DNA from: an uncultured Gammaproteobacteria bacterium
GTDB taxonomy: Bacteria; Patescibacteriota; Microgenomatia; UBA10105; UBA927
Length of the DNA stretch: 55,395 nt
Assembly: GCA_964361785.1 (NCBI GenBank)
Contig: CAYIBX010000005.1
Span: forward strand, 1-55,395
Direction of reading: 5' to 3'
The first letter of the stretch is position 1, and each line of letters starts with the position of its first letter. The notes below the pieces were generated by a model. The model was not told where the DNA came from. It made no database searches and was given only the letters and a program-made list of their open reading frames with translations. Both the position numbers and the translations under genes were made by a program. Of the stretch, positions 1 through 9,098 are shown one piece after another.

Positions 1-855
1 GAAGTTATCCAATATGGCTATAACAAAAAAGATGAGAACGTTCGCTATGTCTTTGCCGAAAACGGCGGGTGGGTAAAGTATGTAGACCTGTCCCCAAGCA
101 CGGTTGAAAACCTGATTGAGATTCCCTGGGCATTGGCTGAAAACGGATACGCCCAAAACGCCATGTGTGCTCTAAACTATGCAGAAAACCCAAAGATATC
201 TCCCGATGCGGTTGTCCCTCATTATGGAGTAAATGTTTTTAAAAATAATATTTTCATGACTTTTCAAACTCGTGGAACAGAAGAGACAACAACATCTAAT
301 GAGGAATTATTGCAAACAAAATTTGATATAGCGACTCAGCCTTTTGCTTGGACGGGATTTATGAAGACAACCGATCCCCAGGGGCAGGAATTCGTGATTT
401 TATGCCAAACTAGGAAAAATCCAACAAAAGAAAAGAAAGATCAATTAATTAATATGTTTTTTTGGATGAGTAAATCTCGATATGATGAACTTGTAAATTT
501 GCCAGATAATTACATGATGGATATGAGCAATATGATCAACAATAACACGTTTGATATTGCCCCCGTCCTAACTCCAACCTCAGTGATTGATGGCATAGAT
601 ATACCTTGGAATTCAAATGCTTGGCAAGATACGGGTGAGCGGAATGATTCTGCAGTTGCCAAAATGCAAAAAAGAGGTGAATTAATAGATTTATTTACCC
701 CTGAAGAAAAAATTCAAATAGAAAAAATAATAGCAGCCTTCTATACAAATAATGTAAAATGGATAGGAGTATCAATTGATCATATTCCAGAAGAATTTGC
801 ACTTGAACCTCTTCTTACAAACTTTGAGTCATGGATTTATCCCCCTGGGAAGTAA
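1..855 (+). CDS. Hypothetical protein, 5'-truncated by the window
   Basis: The frame of ORF 133..855 is open back to position 1 (EVIQYGYNKKDENVRY...); no recognisable motif. Confidence 0.6.
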   Translation, partial: EVIQYGYNKKDENVRYVFAENGGWVKYVDLSPSTVENLIEIPWALAENGYAQNAMCALNYAENPKISPDAVVPHYGVNVFKNNIFMTFQTRGTEETTTSNEELLQTKFDIATQPFAWTGFMKTTDPQGQEFVILCQTRKNPTKEKKDQLINMFFWMSKSRYDELVNLPDNYMMDMSNMINNNTFDIAPVLTPTSVIDGIDIPWNSNAWQDTGERNDSAVAKMQKRGELIDLFTPEEKIQIEKIIAAFYTNNVKWIGVSIDHIPEEFALEPLLTNFESWIYPPGK

Positions 856-906
856 TAGTCCGGCTTCGTCATTGTTTTACCTCTCCTTTTTTGTTATTCT
901 TTTTAC

Positions 907-3462
907 ATGAGGCGGTTTTTCAATGCATGGGTTACATGGGGAGTATTGATCGGATTGGTAGTATTTGTTTACGCTCTCCAACCTTCTCCTATCCAAGCGG
1001 CAGTGTGTAATTCCTGCATTAGAAATAATTGTTGCGGGGACGTTTGTGGGGCTGGTTACTCATGTGGTGGTGGGAGTGGAATAATGAATGAATGTTATTG
1101 TGTGGCAAACGCACCTACTTCTCCTCCTGAACCTACTGATCCACCGCCAGAAACATGCCCTAGTTATACAAATTTATGTACTGGTACAAAAGATTGTAGT
1201 CAATTTGGTTCAGGAAGCTTTGCAGTGTGTAAGACCTATGGTTATCCTCAGTGTAAATATGATTGGGTTTGTACTCAATCAGATCCAAATAATAACTGTA
1301 CAAGTTGGTCTGCATGGTCACCTTCCATATGCTATGCGCCAGATTTGCAAACGAGGTATTGTACAGCCCCAGCAGGTGTAAATATAGGTCAGGCTCAGAC
1401 GTGTCCGCCTAATCCCGGCGGCGGGAATAATCCACCCACAGGGTCGCTTAGTTGTCCGTCTCAAATTACGTTAGGGCAAAGCGGTAGTTTTACGATAAAC
1501 GGCAGTGATGTAGATGGTAATCTCGCTTCTGCTGGTTTATATTATTCTTCCACAAGCTCTCAGCATTGGTATCGCAATGATGGTAGTGACTGTAATATAT
1601 CTCCGTACTGCCCTGCTAATATCAGTTGCACCGGTGCTAGTTGTACATCTTCCCATAATTGGACGCCACTTGCAGTCGGAACGTATTATATGGCGGTAAA
1701 TTATTATGATAGCGCGGGCGGAAAATGCAGTGGGAATCCTTTTGGTATACCCGCCGGTTGGGGCGATTGTGGACCAAATGATTATTGTACGGTGACGGTA
1801 AATCCTGTTCCTACCCCTACTCCTACTACCGCGCCAAAGAGCTACACGATAAATAGCCAAATAGTGTGTACGACAGGTGTGCTAGATTCGAGCGTTGCTA
1901 CACGGCAATGGGGCGTGGTATATTTTCCCAGTGTATCTTCCGTCGGTACATTGTCTACAGGCGTGCATACCAAGACATTTACCAGTAACATCACCGGTCA
2001 GCGCGTGGATGTGGGGATGGATGATGGTACGGATACGGGCAATCTAAATTTATATGGTTCGCCGCCCAATGCAGCTATTACGTACGGTACGTATTTTGGC
2101 GCGCCGGGAGCCAACTGGAGCCGAGACGTATTGCCAGCCGGCACGTATACCATAAATTTTCAAGCACCGGCATCTGCGTGTTTTCAACCGATAACTGGCG
2201 CTTGTTCTAGTCCAGCTGCCCATTACACCTGTAGTTCTCTAGCGGCAAGTACCAACAATGTCAATGGGGCGACTTCTTACACCTGGTACTGTCCGGGTTC
2301 GTACGGCGGAGCAACGAGTCCACAATGTATAGAATACAAACCAGTTACTATACAAGTACGTGGCGTGAGCTTGTCATCCACTCCGCAAACATGTAGTGAA
2401 ATAACCAGTGGCACATCATATCGTTCTGGTTCTGTATTTGATGTTACCAAAAACGGTACGTCTATCGGACAACAAACCCAGTCTGGATCTTCGTATCTGA
2501 CATGGACAAATACTGCTGCCACGTATGTCGCTTCGTCTGTAGAAGCGCCTACGTCGATAGTACAGTATTGCCGTACGCAAAATGGAACGAGCGTCTTTGG
2601 ATCTTCAAGTGTGACTGCTGCCTCTGGATCTACCACGACGTTTGATGTCTCGTTTAGTCCGTATGGACCATGGTTTCAAGCAAAAGGCGGTGGAGATGTG
2701 TATGCTGGGGGTAGGCTTGTCTCCAGCATCCCAGCATCTGCCACTACGCGGCGGTTTATCCTCGATGACGGCCCCGTAGGCGCTCTTTTTCCGAGCATGG
2801 CAATATATGGGTCAACCGGCGTAATCCCGTATGATTTTGATCAGGCATCCACAAATCAGGGAGAGACCATCGTTTCCAGTAAAAATTGGCTTGTACAGCA
2901 TCAAAATAGTACGTTAGATTTGTATAGCATGTTTTATGCCAAATTTGGTTCTCCAACGACTGCTGACTACACCAACCCACCCTCCCCTATTACAAAACCA
3001 GCCAGTCGTGCGACACCGTATTATGTTTCTGGAGATGTCACGACGACTGGTGATTGGAGTGTGGGAAATGGTGAGCAATTGATCCTTCTTGTGGATGGCA
3101 GTATAACTATTGGGGGTGAAATGCACACGTCAGGCACAGGGGTCATCGTCGTAATCGCAAAAAATGATATCTCGTTTGCGCCGGCAGTTGGTGTGGCTGT
3201 GGCAAGCTCTACTCCATCAGTAGAAGGCGTGTATATAGCGGGAGTTACGTTACATACAGGGACAAGTGTTGCAGGGTCAGAACGGTTTGTAGGCAGCGGC
3301 ATGTTTTTTGGCAATACCATATCATTAGAACGAAATTTATTAGCAGCTGGGGGAAACCAGCTTATGCCGGCGGAAACTTTTATGTATGATCCATCGTTTT
3401 TAGTGAATTTGCCTGAAGATATGAAAGATACGCCAGTAAGTTGGCAAGAGGTGGCACCATGA
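907..3462 (+). CDS. Large secreted Cys-rich surface protein, pilus-associated adhesin candidate
   Basis: N-terminal hydrophobic signal, many Cys-rich modules, Pro/Thr linkers, beta-rich C-terminus ending WQEVAP; ATGA overlap with the pilX-like gene. Confidence 0.65.
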   Translation: MRRFFNAWVTWGVLIGLVVFVYALQPSPIQAAVCNSCIRNNCCGDVCGAGYSCGGGSGIMNECYCVANAPTSPPEPTDPPPETCPSYTNLCTGTKDCSQFGSGSFAVCKTYGYPQCKYDWVCTQSDPNNNCTSWSAWSPSICYAPDLQTRYCTAPAGVNIGQAQTCPPNPGGGNNPPTGSLSCPSQITLGQSGSFTINGSDVDGNLASAGLYYSSTSSQHWYRNDGSDCNISPYCPANISCTGASCTSSHNWTPLAVGTYYMAVNYYDSAGGKCSGNPFGIPAGWGDCGPNDYCTVTVNPVPTPTPTTAPKSYTINSQIVCTTGVLDSSVATRQWGVVYFPSVSSVGTLSTGVHTKTFTSNITGQRVDVGMDDGTDTGNLNLYGSPPNAAITYGTYFGAPGANWSRDVLPAGTYTINFQAPASACFQPITGACSSPAAHYTCSSLAASTNNVNGATSYTWYCPGSYGGATSPQCIEYKPVTIQVRGVSLSSTPQTCSEITSGTSYRSGSVFDVTKNGTSIGQQTQSGSSYLTWTNTAATYVASSVEAPTSIVQYCRTQNGTSVFGSSSVTAASGSTTTFDVSFSPYGPWFQAKGGGDVYAGGRLVSSIPASATTRRFILDDGPVGALFPSMAIYGSTGVIPYDFDQASTNQGETIVSSKNWLVQHQNSTLDLYSMFYAKFGSPTTADYTNPPSPITKPASRATPYYVSGDVTTTGDWSVGNGEQLILLVDGSITIGGEMHTSGTGVIVVIAKNDISFAPAVGVAVASSTPSVEGVYIAGVTLHTGTSVAGSERFVGSGMFFGNTISLERNLLAAGGNQLMPAETFMYDPSFLVNLPEDMKDTPVSWQEVAP

Positions 3463-4274
3463 AAAAACAAAATGGTCAGATCGTGTTGATGACGCTTCTG
3501 GTGCTTACAGTGGCGATTACATTGGTACTAGCTTTTATCGGGCGTACAACCGTCAATACTGCGATTAGCTCGCAACTAGAGGATTCTGCCCGCGCGTTTA
3601 ATGCTGCTGAGGCAGGCATTGAGTCATCGCTGAAAAGTGGTATTGGATCGTCTCTGGTGTTATCAAGCGGCGCAAAGGTTGACACCGTTGTTACTACTAT
3701 CGGTGGAGCCGCAAATGTTTATACCTTCCCCAAACAAACGTCGACTACAACTACCGAGACGCTTTGGTTGGTAGATCATAATGCGGATGGGAGTCTAAAT
3801 GAGGCCAGTTCGTTTAACACTAATCTTGTCACACTTTGCTGGACACAAGAAGCGACCGTCCCTGCTCTTTCGGTAGCAGTCATCTATAAAAGAAGTGGTA
3901 CGTATTATGTGGCGCGCGGCGGCTATGATCAGAGTGCGGCTAGTCGAGCAAATAATTTTTCGTCCCCTACTTTAGCAGGTTCTGGCTGTGGAACATCGAA
4001 TGTGTACGCAAAGTCGATAAATTTTAGTACGGATTTTGGGATAAACGTCGCGACAGATACATTGCTGATGCTTCGTGTGAGGCCCTATTATAGCGGTACG
4101 ACTATTTCTTTTGATCCGGGAGCCGGGAGTTTGCCTTTACAAGCCAAACGCATAGAGTCGTCAGGATCTGTATCCTCAGGGACGACGAGAAAAATAGAAG
4201 TGTATCAACAATATAAATCTCCATCTTCATTATTTGATGCGGTGCTTTATAGTCAGTCGGATATTATTCAGTAA
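3459..4274 (+). CDS. PilX-like minor pilin / pilus assembly protein
   Basis: Prepilin-like MKKQNG|QIVLMTLLVL start and AFNAAEAGIE PilX-N motif; ATG at 3459 overlaps the upstream TGA. Confidence 0.75.
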   Translation: MKKQNGQIVLMTLLVLTVAITLVLAFIGRTTVNTAISSQLEDSARAFNAAEAGIESSLKSGIGSSLVLSSGAKVDTVVTTIGGAANVYTFPKQTSTTTTETLWLVDHNADGSLNEASSFNTNLVTLCWTQEATVPALSVAVIYKRSGTYYVARGGYDQSAASRANNFSSPTLAGSGCGTSNVYAKSINFSTDFGINVATDTLLMLRVRPYYSGTTISFDPGAGSLPLQAKRIESSGSVSSGTTRKIEVYQQYKSPSSLFDAVLYSQSDIIQ

Positions 4275-4345
4275 GAACAGATTCTCTATTCCCCTTGATA
4301 GTTTTTTGCGAATATCCCATACTTAAAGTGCAAGGAGTAATACAT

Positions 4346-5377
4346 ATGGCAAAGTCACTCTTAGGGTTAGACATCGGCTCTCATAGCATAAAGCTTATCG
4401 AGATAGCACAAGAAGGTGGCAAAAAAGTGCTGCTGGCCGCAGGATCTATCCCGACACCTCCCAAAGCGCTTGCGTCTCCCCTTTCTGGAGATCATCAAGC
4501 GATCGCTACCGTTATTCGGCAACTTATAAAAGAAACAGGCGTAAAAACGAGCTCAGTAGCGCTTGCCCTCCCTGAATCGCAAGTATTTACCCGTGTCATA
4601 GAAGTGCCAGCACTCTCGACTCGCGAGTTATCCTCTGCCATTAGCTGGGAGGCTGAGCAGTATATACCGCTTCCCCTTGATCAAGTAAATATAGATTACT
4701 CGATTCTTCGTGACGCCAAAGAAACAGGGACTGACAAGATGGATGTCTTGCTTGTAGCATGTCCTAAAACGTTACTCGAAAAATATCTCTCTATAGTGGA
4801 ACTCTCAGAGCTTATCCCAGTAGTCGCTGAGACAGAAATTATTGCCGCATCGCGATCTATTGTCGCTTCTGTGTCTAACATAAAGGGGGCGGTACTTGTG
4901 GCATCACTTGGGGCGCAGACGACTGATTTAGCAATTCTTCGAAATGGCGTCATCGCATTTACCCGCTCTATCGCCGCAGGCGGAGAGGCGCTATCTCGGG
5001 CATTGGTCTCAGGACTTGATTTTAATGCTTCACAGGCAGAAGAATTTAAGCGCACGTATGGTGTGGAGCAAAACATACTACAAGGGAAAATTGTGACTGC
5101 CGTCAAGCCCATTATGGACACAATCGTTGGCGAAATGAAACGCGCTGTAGCATTTTATACGCAAAAATATACGGGTGAAAAAATAGAAGCGGCTGTGTTG
5201 TCTGGCGGCACCGCAAAATTGCCCGGTATGGTCGTCTACATGGCGCAGAGTTTAGGGGTGGAAGTGCAGCTTGCTAATCCATGGGCAGGGGTTACACGCG
5301 ACGCGCGGTTTACCGTGCTTGATAATGAGGGAACCACGTTTGCCGTCGCTACAGGACTCGCGCTTCGGGATCAGTAG
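4346..5377 (+). CDS. pilM: Type IV pilus assembly protein PilM
   Basis: LGLDIGSHSIK, WEAEQYIP and LSGGTAKLPG actin-like motifs; SD AAGGAG before ATG 4346. Confidence 0.92.
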   Translation: MAKSLLGLDIGSHSIKLIEIAQEGGKKVLLAAGSIPTPPKALASPLSGDHQAIATVIRQLIKETGVKTSSVALALPESQVFTRVIEVPALSTRELSSAISWEAEQYIPLPLDQVNIDYSILRDAKETGTDKMDVLLVACPKTLLEKYLSIVELSELIPVVAETEIIAASRSIVASVSNIKGAVLVASLGAQTTDLAILRNGVIAFTRSIAAGGEALSRALVSGLDFNASQAEEFKRTYGVEQNILQGKIVTAVKPIMDTIVGEMKRAVAFYTQKYTGEKIEAAVLSGGTAKLPGMVVYMAQSLGVEVQLANPWAGVTRDARFTVLDNEGTTFAVATGLALRDQ

Positions 5378-5388
5378 GAGTGAACGAT

Positions 5389-5931
5389 ATGGCCAAATCA
5401 GAAATTAATCTTCTAAGTAAAGCATCAGGAAATCAGGCAACGGTTGTCATACTGGAAAAAATCCTTTCAAAGCTGACATGGGGATTTCTTACAGTACTTT
5501 GTGTTTTGGGGGTGATTATAGGATCGTTGTATCTTTACGCCTCTACCCAGCAAAAACGACAAGATGTGCGCAAAGCACAGCTTGTAGCGTCTATAAAAGA
5601 ATTGGCCTCGAAAGAAGGAATTCTCGTTTCGTTAAAACAGCGTTCAGCAATTGCAGCCAAAGCCTTAAGCGCCGCTCGACCGTATGGCGAGTTGTTTCCG
5701 CTCCTTACGCGCATAGGCCCGCCAGAGTATTTTACAAATCTTTCTATAGACGAGGTGGGTAGGTCAACGGTCACGTTAACTCTGCCATCTGTGGATGAGG
5801 CGGTAACCGTCATTTCGAATGTATTGGTGCAATTTGATGAGAAAAAGATACGAAGTCCTCAATTATCATCATTTTCGCTGAAGGAAACAGGGATTGTACA
5901 ACTTTCATTATCGTTTTTAGCTAATTTATAA
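5389..5931 (+). CDS. PilN-like protein
   Basis: N-terminal INLL motif, TM helix, coiled coil; follows pilM; SD AGGAG at 5376-5380. Confidence 0.7.
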   Translation: MAKSEINLLSKASGNQATVVILEKILSKLTWGFLTVLCVLGVIIGSLYLYASTQQKRQDVRKAQLVASIKELASKEGILVSLKQRSAIAAKALSAARPYGELFPLLTRIGPPEYFTNLSIDEVGRSTVTLTLPSVDEAVTVISNVLVQFDEKKIRSPQLSSFSLKETGIVQLSLSFLANL

Positions 5932-5939
5932 AGATATCT

Positions 5940-6677
5940 ATGGATGTAAAACATATACTACGTACATATCAGGCAGTAGCAATCTCGATAGCCATACTAT
6001 TGTTTTGTGTCATAGCGTTATTGTATGGAGTCATCCCCTCTTTTAAAAACGTCGGTGAACTCATTGTATCCATGCAGGTATTGGAAAAAGATAATGCATC
6101 GCTTACCAACAAAATTGAAATCCTCGATAGATATGACGAAACTGACCTGAAAGAAAAGCTCGGCGTGGTGCTTTCGGCAGTTCCGGGAGATAAGGGGTTG
6201 CCAGCGCTTTTTGGTACAGTAGAAGAAGTAGCAGGTCAAGCAGGAGTAACGCTTGCAGATATGAATGTCTCCGGTGGATTAGTGTCTACAGCGTCAGCGA
6301 CGAAACAATCACCACTTGAAAAACAATTAGGGACAAGGGCGTTGCCATTTACCGTCACAGTGGTAGGTGGCTTATCAAACATGCAAGAGTTTATTACTAA
6401 AGTGGCGTTGGTACGTAGACTTATGAGAATTCGAGCGTTTTCCATAACATTTCCCAAAAATGATAAACCGCTTACTATTTCGCTGTCTCTGGATGCATTT
6501 TACGAGCCGTATATTACGTCTCTTGGCGGTGTAACTGCGGTGATTTCGCCTCTTAGCGATGAAGAATTAAGTACTATAGATACGCTTACGAGTTTCCCAC
6601 TTATGGCGTCTTCAACAGAAGCTGTGCCTCTTTCTCCTATCACGGGCACGACAAAAGCAAATCCGTTTGTCCGTTAA
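5940..6677 (+). CDS. PilO-like protein
   Basis: TM plus coiled coil, RRLMRI segment, C-terminal NPF; position after pilMN. Confidence 0.7.
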   Translation: MDVKHILRTYQAVAISIAILLFCVIALLYGVIPSFKNVGELIVSMQVLEKDNASLTNKIEILDRYDETDLKEKLGVVLSAVPGDKGLPALFGTVEEVAGQAGVTLADMNVSGGLVSTASATKQSPLEKQLGTRALPFTVTVVGGLSNMQEFITKVALVRRLMRIRAFSITFPKNDKPLTISLSLDAFYEPYITSLGGVTAVISPLSDEELSTIDTLTSFPLMASSTEAVPLSPITGTTKANPFVR

Positions 6678-7357
6678 AGGAGGTCTGGTCGTTTTCTTTT
6701 CGTTTTATGAAGAGCTTGCCATTGTTGCCATGCTGCAATTTTTTTGTGATCGCCTGATCGTAACACCTCTGGCACTGATTTGTCGTTGTACATTTCTGGC
6801 TTTGTGTATTGCGGATATTCAAGAAGATTGTTTGTGAACGATTCATGTGTTGTGGCTTCCGGTTTTGAGAGTACGCCGGAAACTAGCCGTGTGACGCTAT
6901 CAACGATAACCATTGCAGGAATTTCGCCTCCTGTCAGTACATAGTCACCAATTGAAATTTCTTCGTCGACTAATGATCGCACGCGTTCATCTACCCCTTT
7001 ATAATGTGCACAAAGTAAGATTATGTGATCATAATTTTTCGCGAGATTATGTGCGATTGATTGTTTGTATGGTGTGCCCTGAGGGTCAAGTAATATCGTT
7101 TTTGTTTGGGTCTTGGGTTTTGTGATTTGAGATTTGACGTGCTTTAAAGCACGGTCTACGATATCTACTCGAAGTATCATGCCGATTCCCCCGCCGTACG
7201 GTCTGTCATCGACTGATTTATAAGCGTCAGTAGCAAAATCTCTCAGGTTGATGAGGTCAATTTCTATGAGTTGTTTAGAAACAGCACGCTTAATGATTGA
7301 ATACTCAAACGGACCAGTAAACATGTCCGGAAAGAGAGTGATGATGGAGAATTTCAT
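6674..7357 (-). CDS. trmD: tRNA (guanine37-N1)-methyltransferase
   Basis: VDDRPYGGG, SIGDYVLTGGE and LEYPQYTKP motifs. Confidence 0.97.
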   Translation of the reverse strand: MKFSIITLFPDMFTGPFEYSIIKRAVSKQLIEIDLINLRDFATDAYKSVDDRPYGGGIGMILRVDIVDRALKHVKSQITKPKTQTKTILLDPQGTPYKQSIAHNLAKNYDHIILLCAHYKGVDERVRSLVDEEISIGDYVLTGGEIPAMVIVDSVTRLVSGVLSKPEATTHESFTNNLLEYPQYTKPEMYNDKSVPEVLRSGDHKKIAAWQQWQALHKTKRKRPDLL

Positions 7358-7609
7358 TTAAGACGCAGGAACTTTGTTGTCTTCTGCGATTTCGACATCG
7401 ACGTACAAATTCTTCTTGGCTGCCAAGATTTTGATCAGATCGCGGATTGCACGGATGATTCTCCCGCTTTTCCCGATTATTTTTCCCATATCTTCCTGAT
7501 GGACATGGATGGTAAATACGATCATATCCTCGACGTTTCGTTCATCTATAACGACATCGTCTGGGTGATCAACGATTGCTCTGACAAGGTAGTCAAGTGT
7601 GTCTTTCAT
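7358..7609 (-). CDS. khpA: KH-domain RNA-binding protein
   Basis: DMGKIIGKSG KH motif; lies between rpsP and trmD. Confidence 0.88.
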   Translation of the reverse strand: MKDTLDYLVRAIVDHPDDVVIDERNVEDMIVFTIHVHQEDMGKIIGKSGRIIRAIRDLIKILAAKKNLYVDVEIAEDNKVPAS

Positions 7610-7839
7610 GAGGGGTGGGTAAGAAGTTTTGAAACGCCTATTGTGATGACAGCCCCTTGAGATTTCCAGTATTTGAGGCGGTCTTCATCTATTTTAAATT
7701 GCGCGGGTTTTACGAGTGGATTGTAAAATCCTAAGATTTCAACAGGTTTGCCATTGCGGCGTTTATTTTCGTCCATAGCCACTATGCGAAACGTTCGTCT
7801 ATTTTTGGAGCCGTATTGCGCGAGTCTAATCTTTAACAT
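7606..7839 (-). CDS. rpsP: 30S ribosomal protein S16
   Basis: MLKIRL...FRIVA...EILGFYNP. Confidence 0.95.
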   Translation of the reverse strand: MLKIRLAQYGSKNRRTFRIVAMDENKRRNGKPVEILGFYNPLVKPAQFKIDEDRLKYWKSQGAVITIGVSKLLTHPS

Positions 7840-7851
7840 GATCCTATTCTA

Positions 7852-8538
7852 TCATTTCTTGTTTCTCTTCTCAAGAGCTGTCGTGGCTGCATCCTGTTCT
7901 GCTTCTTGTTTGGACTTCCCTTTTCCTTGTGCAAGTGGAGTCTCCCCCATCATAACCGCTACATAAAATGTTTTGTCATGGTCCGGTCCTTCGCTTTTTA
8001 TCACGGTATACGTTGGAGATATTTTGGTTTCTTCTTGAACGAGTTCTTGCAACAAGCTTTTGTAATCGATGTAGCTTTTATTTTTTATGATGCTTTCCGT
8101 TTTATACAGCAATACTTTTTCTACAAATTGCTTGGCTATTTCTATCCCTTGATCTAAAAATATGGCGCCGAGTAACGCCTCAAAGCTATCAGCTAACAGT
8201 GATTGGTTTGTCCTGCCTCCAGAGCTTTCCTCTCCGCGTGAGAGAAGAAGGAGTTGTCCTAATGCTAGTTCTGTTCCTGTGATAGCTAAACTTGTGGTTT
8301 TGACCAGTGTTGAGCGGATATTGGTAAGCGTGCCTTCAGGGTATTGGGGGTATGTTCGGAAAAGATACTGCGACGTAATAAATGATAATATAGCATCCCC
8401 CAAAAATTCTAACCGTTCGTTTGACTCAGGAAATTCTTTGGATTCATTAAGGTATGATCTATGGACGAACGCTTGTTTTAACAGTTTTTGATCGTTAAAC
8501 GATACGCCGATATTTTTTTGAAGTGAATCTAAAGTCAT
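7852..8538 (-). CDS. rnc: Ribonuclease III
   Basis: NERLEFLGDA signature plus C-terminal dsRBD. Confidence 0.97.
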   Translation of the reverse strand: MTLDSLQKNIGVSFNDQKLLKQAFVHRSYLNESKEFPESNERLEFLGDAILSFITSQYLFRTYPQYPEGTLTNIRSTLVKTTSLAITGTELALGQLLLLSRGEESSGGRTNQSLLADSFEALLGAIFLDQGIEIAKQFVEKVLLYKTESIIKNKSYIDYKSLLQELVQEETKISPTYTVIKSEGPDHDKTFYVAVMMGETPLAQGKGKSKQEAEQDAATTALEKRNKK

Positions 8539-8547
8539 ATACGTGTA

Positions 8548-8901
8548 TTATGTTCCTTCCTTTACTATAGTACCAAGAACGCCGTTTACAAATTTTGCAC
8601 TTTGGTCGTTGCCAAACTCTTTGGCTAGCTCAACAGCTTCATCTATAATTACTTTCATGGGTGCTTGTTTTTTATAGAGAAGTTCAAAGACTGCAAGTCG
8701 CAAGATGGCCGTATCAATTTTGGCAATTTTTGCGATTGGCCATTCCGGTGCGGCTTTTTCTATCTTTTGATCTATTTCAGATATTTTTTCTAGAATTGGG
8801 TCTATCGTTTTGTGGTTGCGTTGGTCATTGAAGCTGTAGGAAAATAGTGCTTGCATCAAATTGATGCGATGCTGATGACGTGGATCTTGCGAAGTTTTCA
8901 T
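8548..8901 (-). CDS. nusB: Transcription antitermination factor NusB
   Basis: ILRLAVFEL, IDEAVELAKEFG, FVNGVL. Confidence 0.93.
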   Translation of the reverse strand: MKTSQDPRHQHRINLMQALFSYSFNDQRNHKTIDPILEKISEIDQKIEKAAPEWPIAKIAKIDTAILRLAVFELLYKKQAPMKVIIDEAVELAKEFGNDQSAKFVNGVLGTIVKEGT

Positions 8902-9095
8902 TTCTTCACTTTTTTTGTTTTAGGTGCTACGACTACTCTATCATTGTAGTATCCGCAATAGCGGCACATGCGGTGAGGCATGCGACCCTTGCCGCATTGT
9001 GGGCATGCTGAAATCTTTAATAAAGATACGAATAAAGCGGCTCGTCGTTTGCCTTTTCTTCGTGTTGAATGTTTGCGTTTTGGTAGTGGTGCCAT
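8898..9095 (-). CDS. rpmF: 50S ribosomal protein L32
   Basis: PKRKHS start; CPQCG...HRMCRYCGYY zinc ribbon. Confidence 0.95.
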   Translation of the reverse strand: MAPLPKRKHSTRRKGKRRAALFVSLLKISACPQCGKGRMPHRMCRYCGYYNDRVVVAPKTKKVKK

Positions 9096-9098
9096 ACG

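Noticed and set aside
6985-7015. TrmD CAHYKG instead of CGRYEG as a sign of inactivation
   Set aside because: All other motifs are intact and HYKG-type variants are known to me in other TrmD proteins
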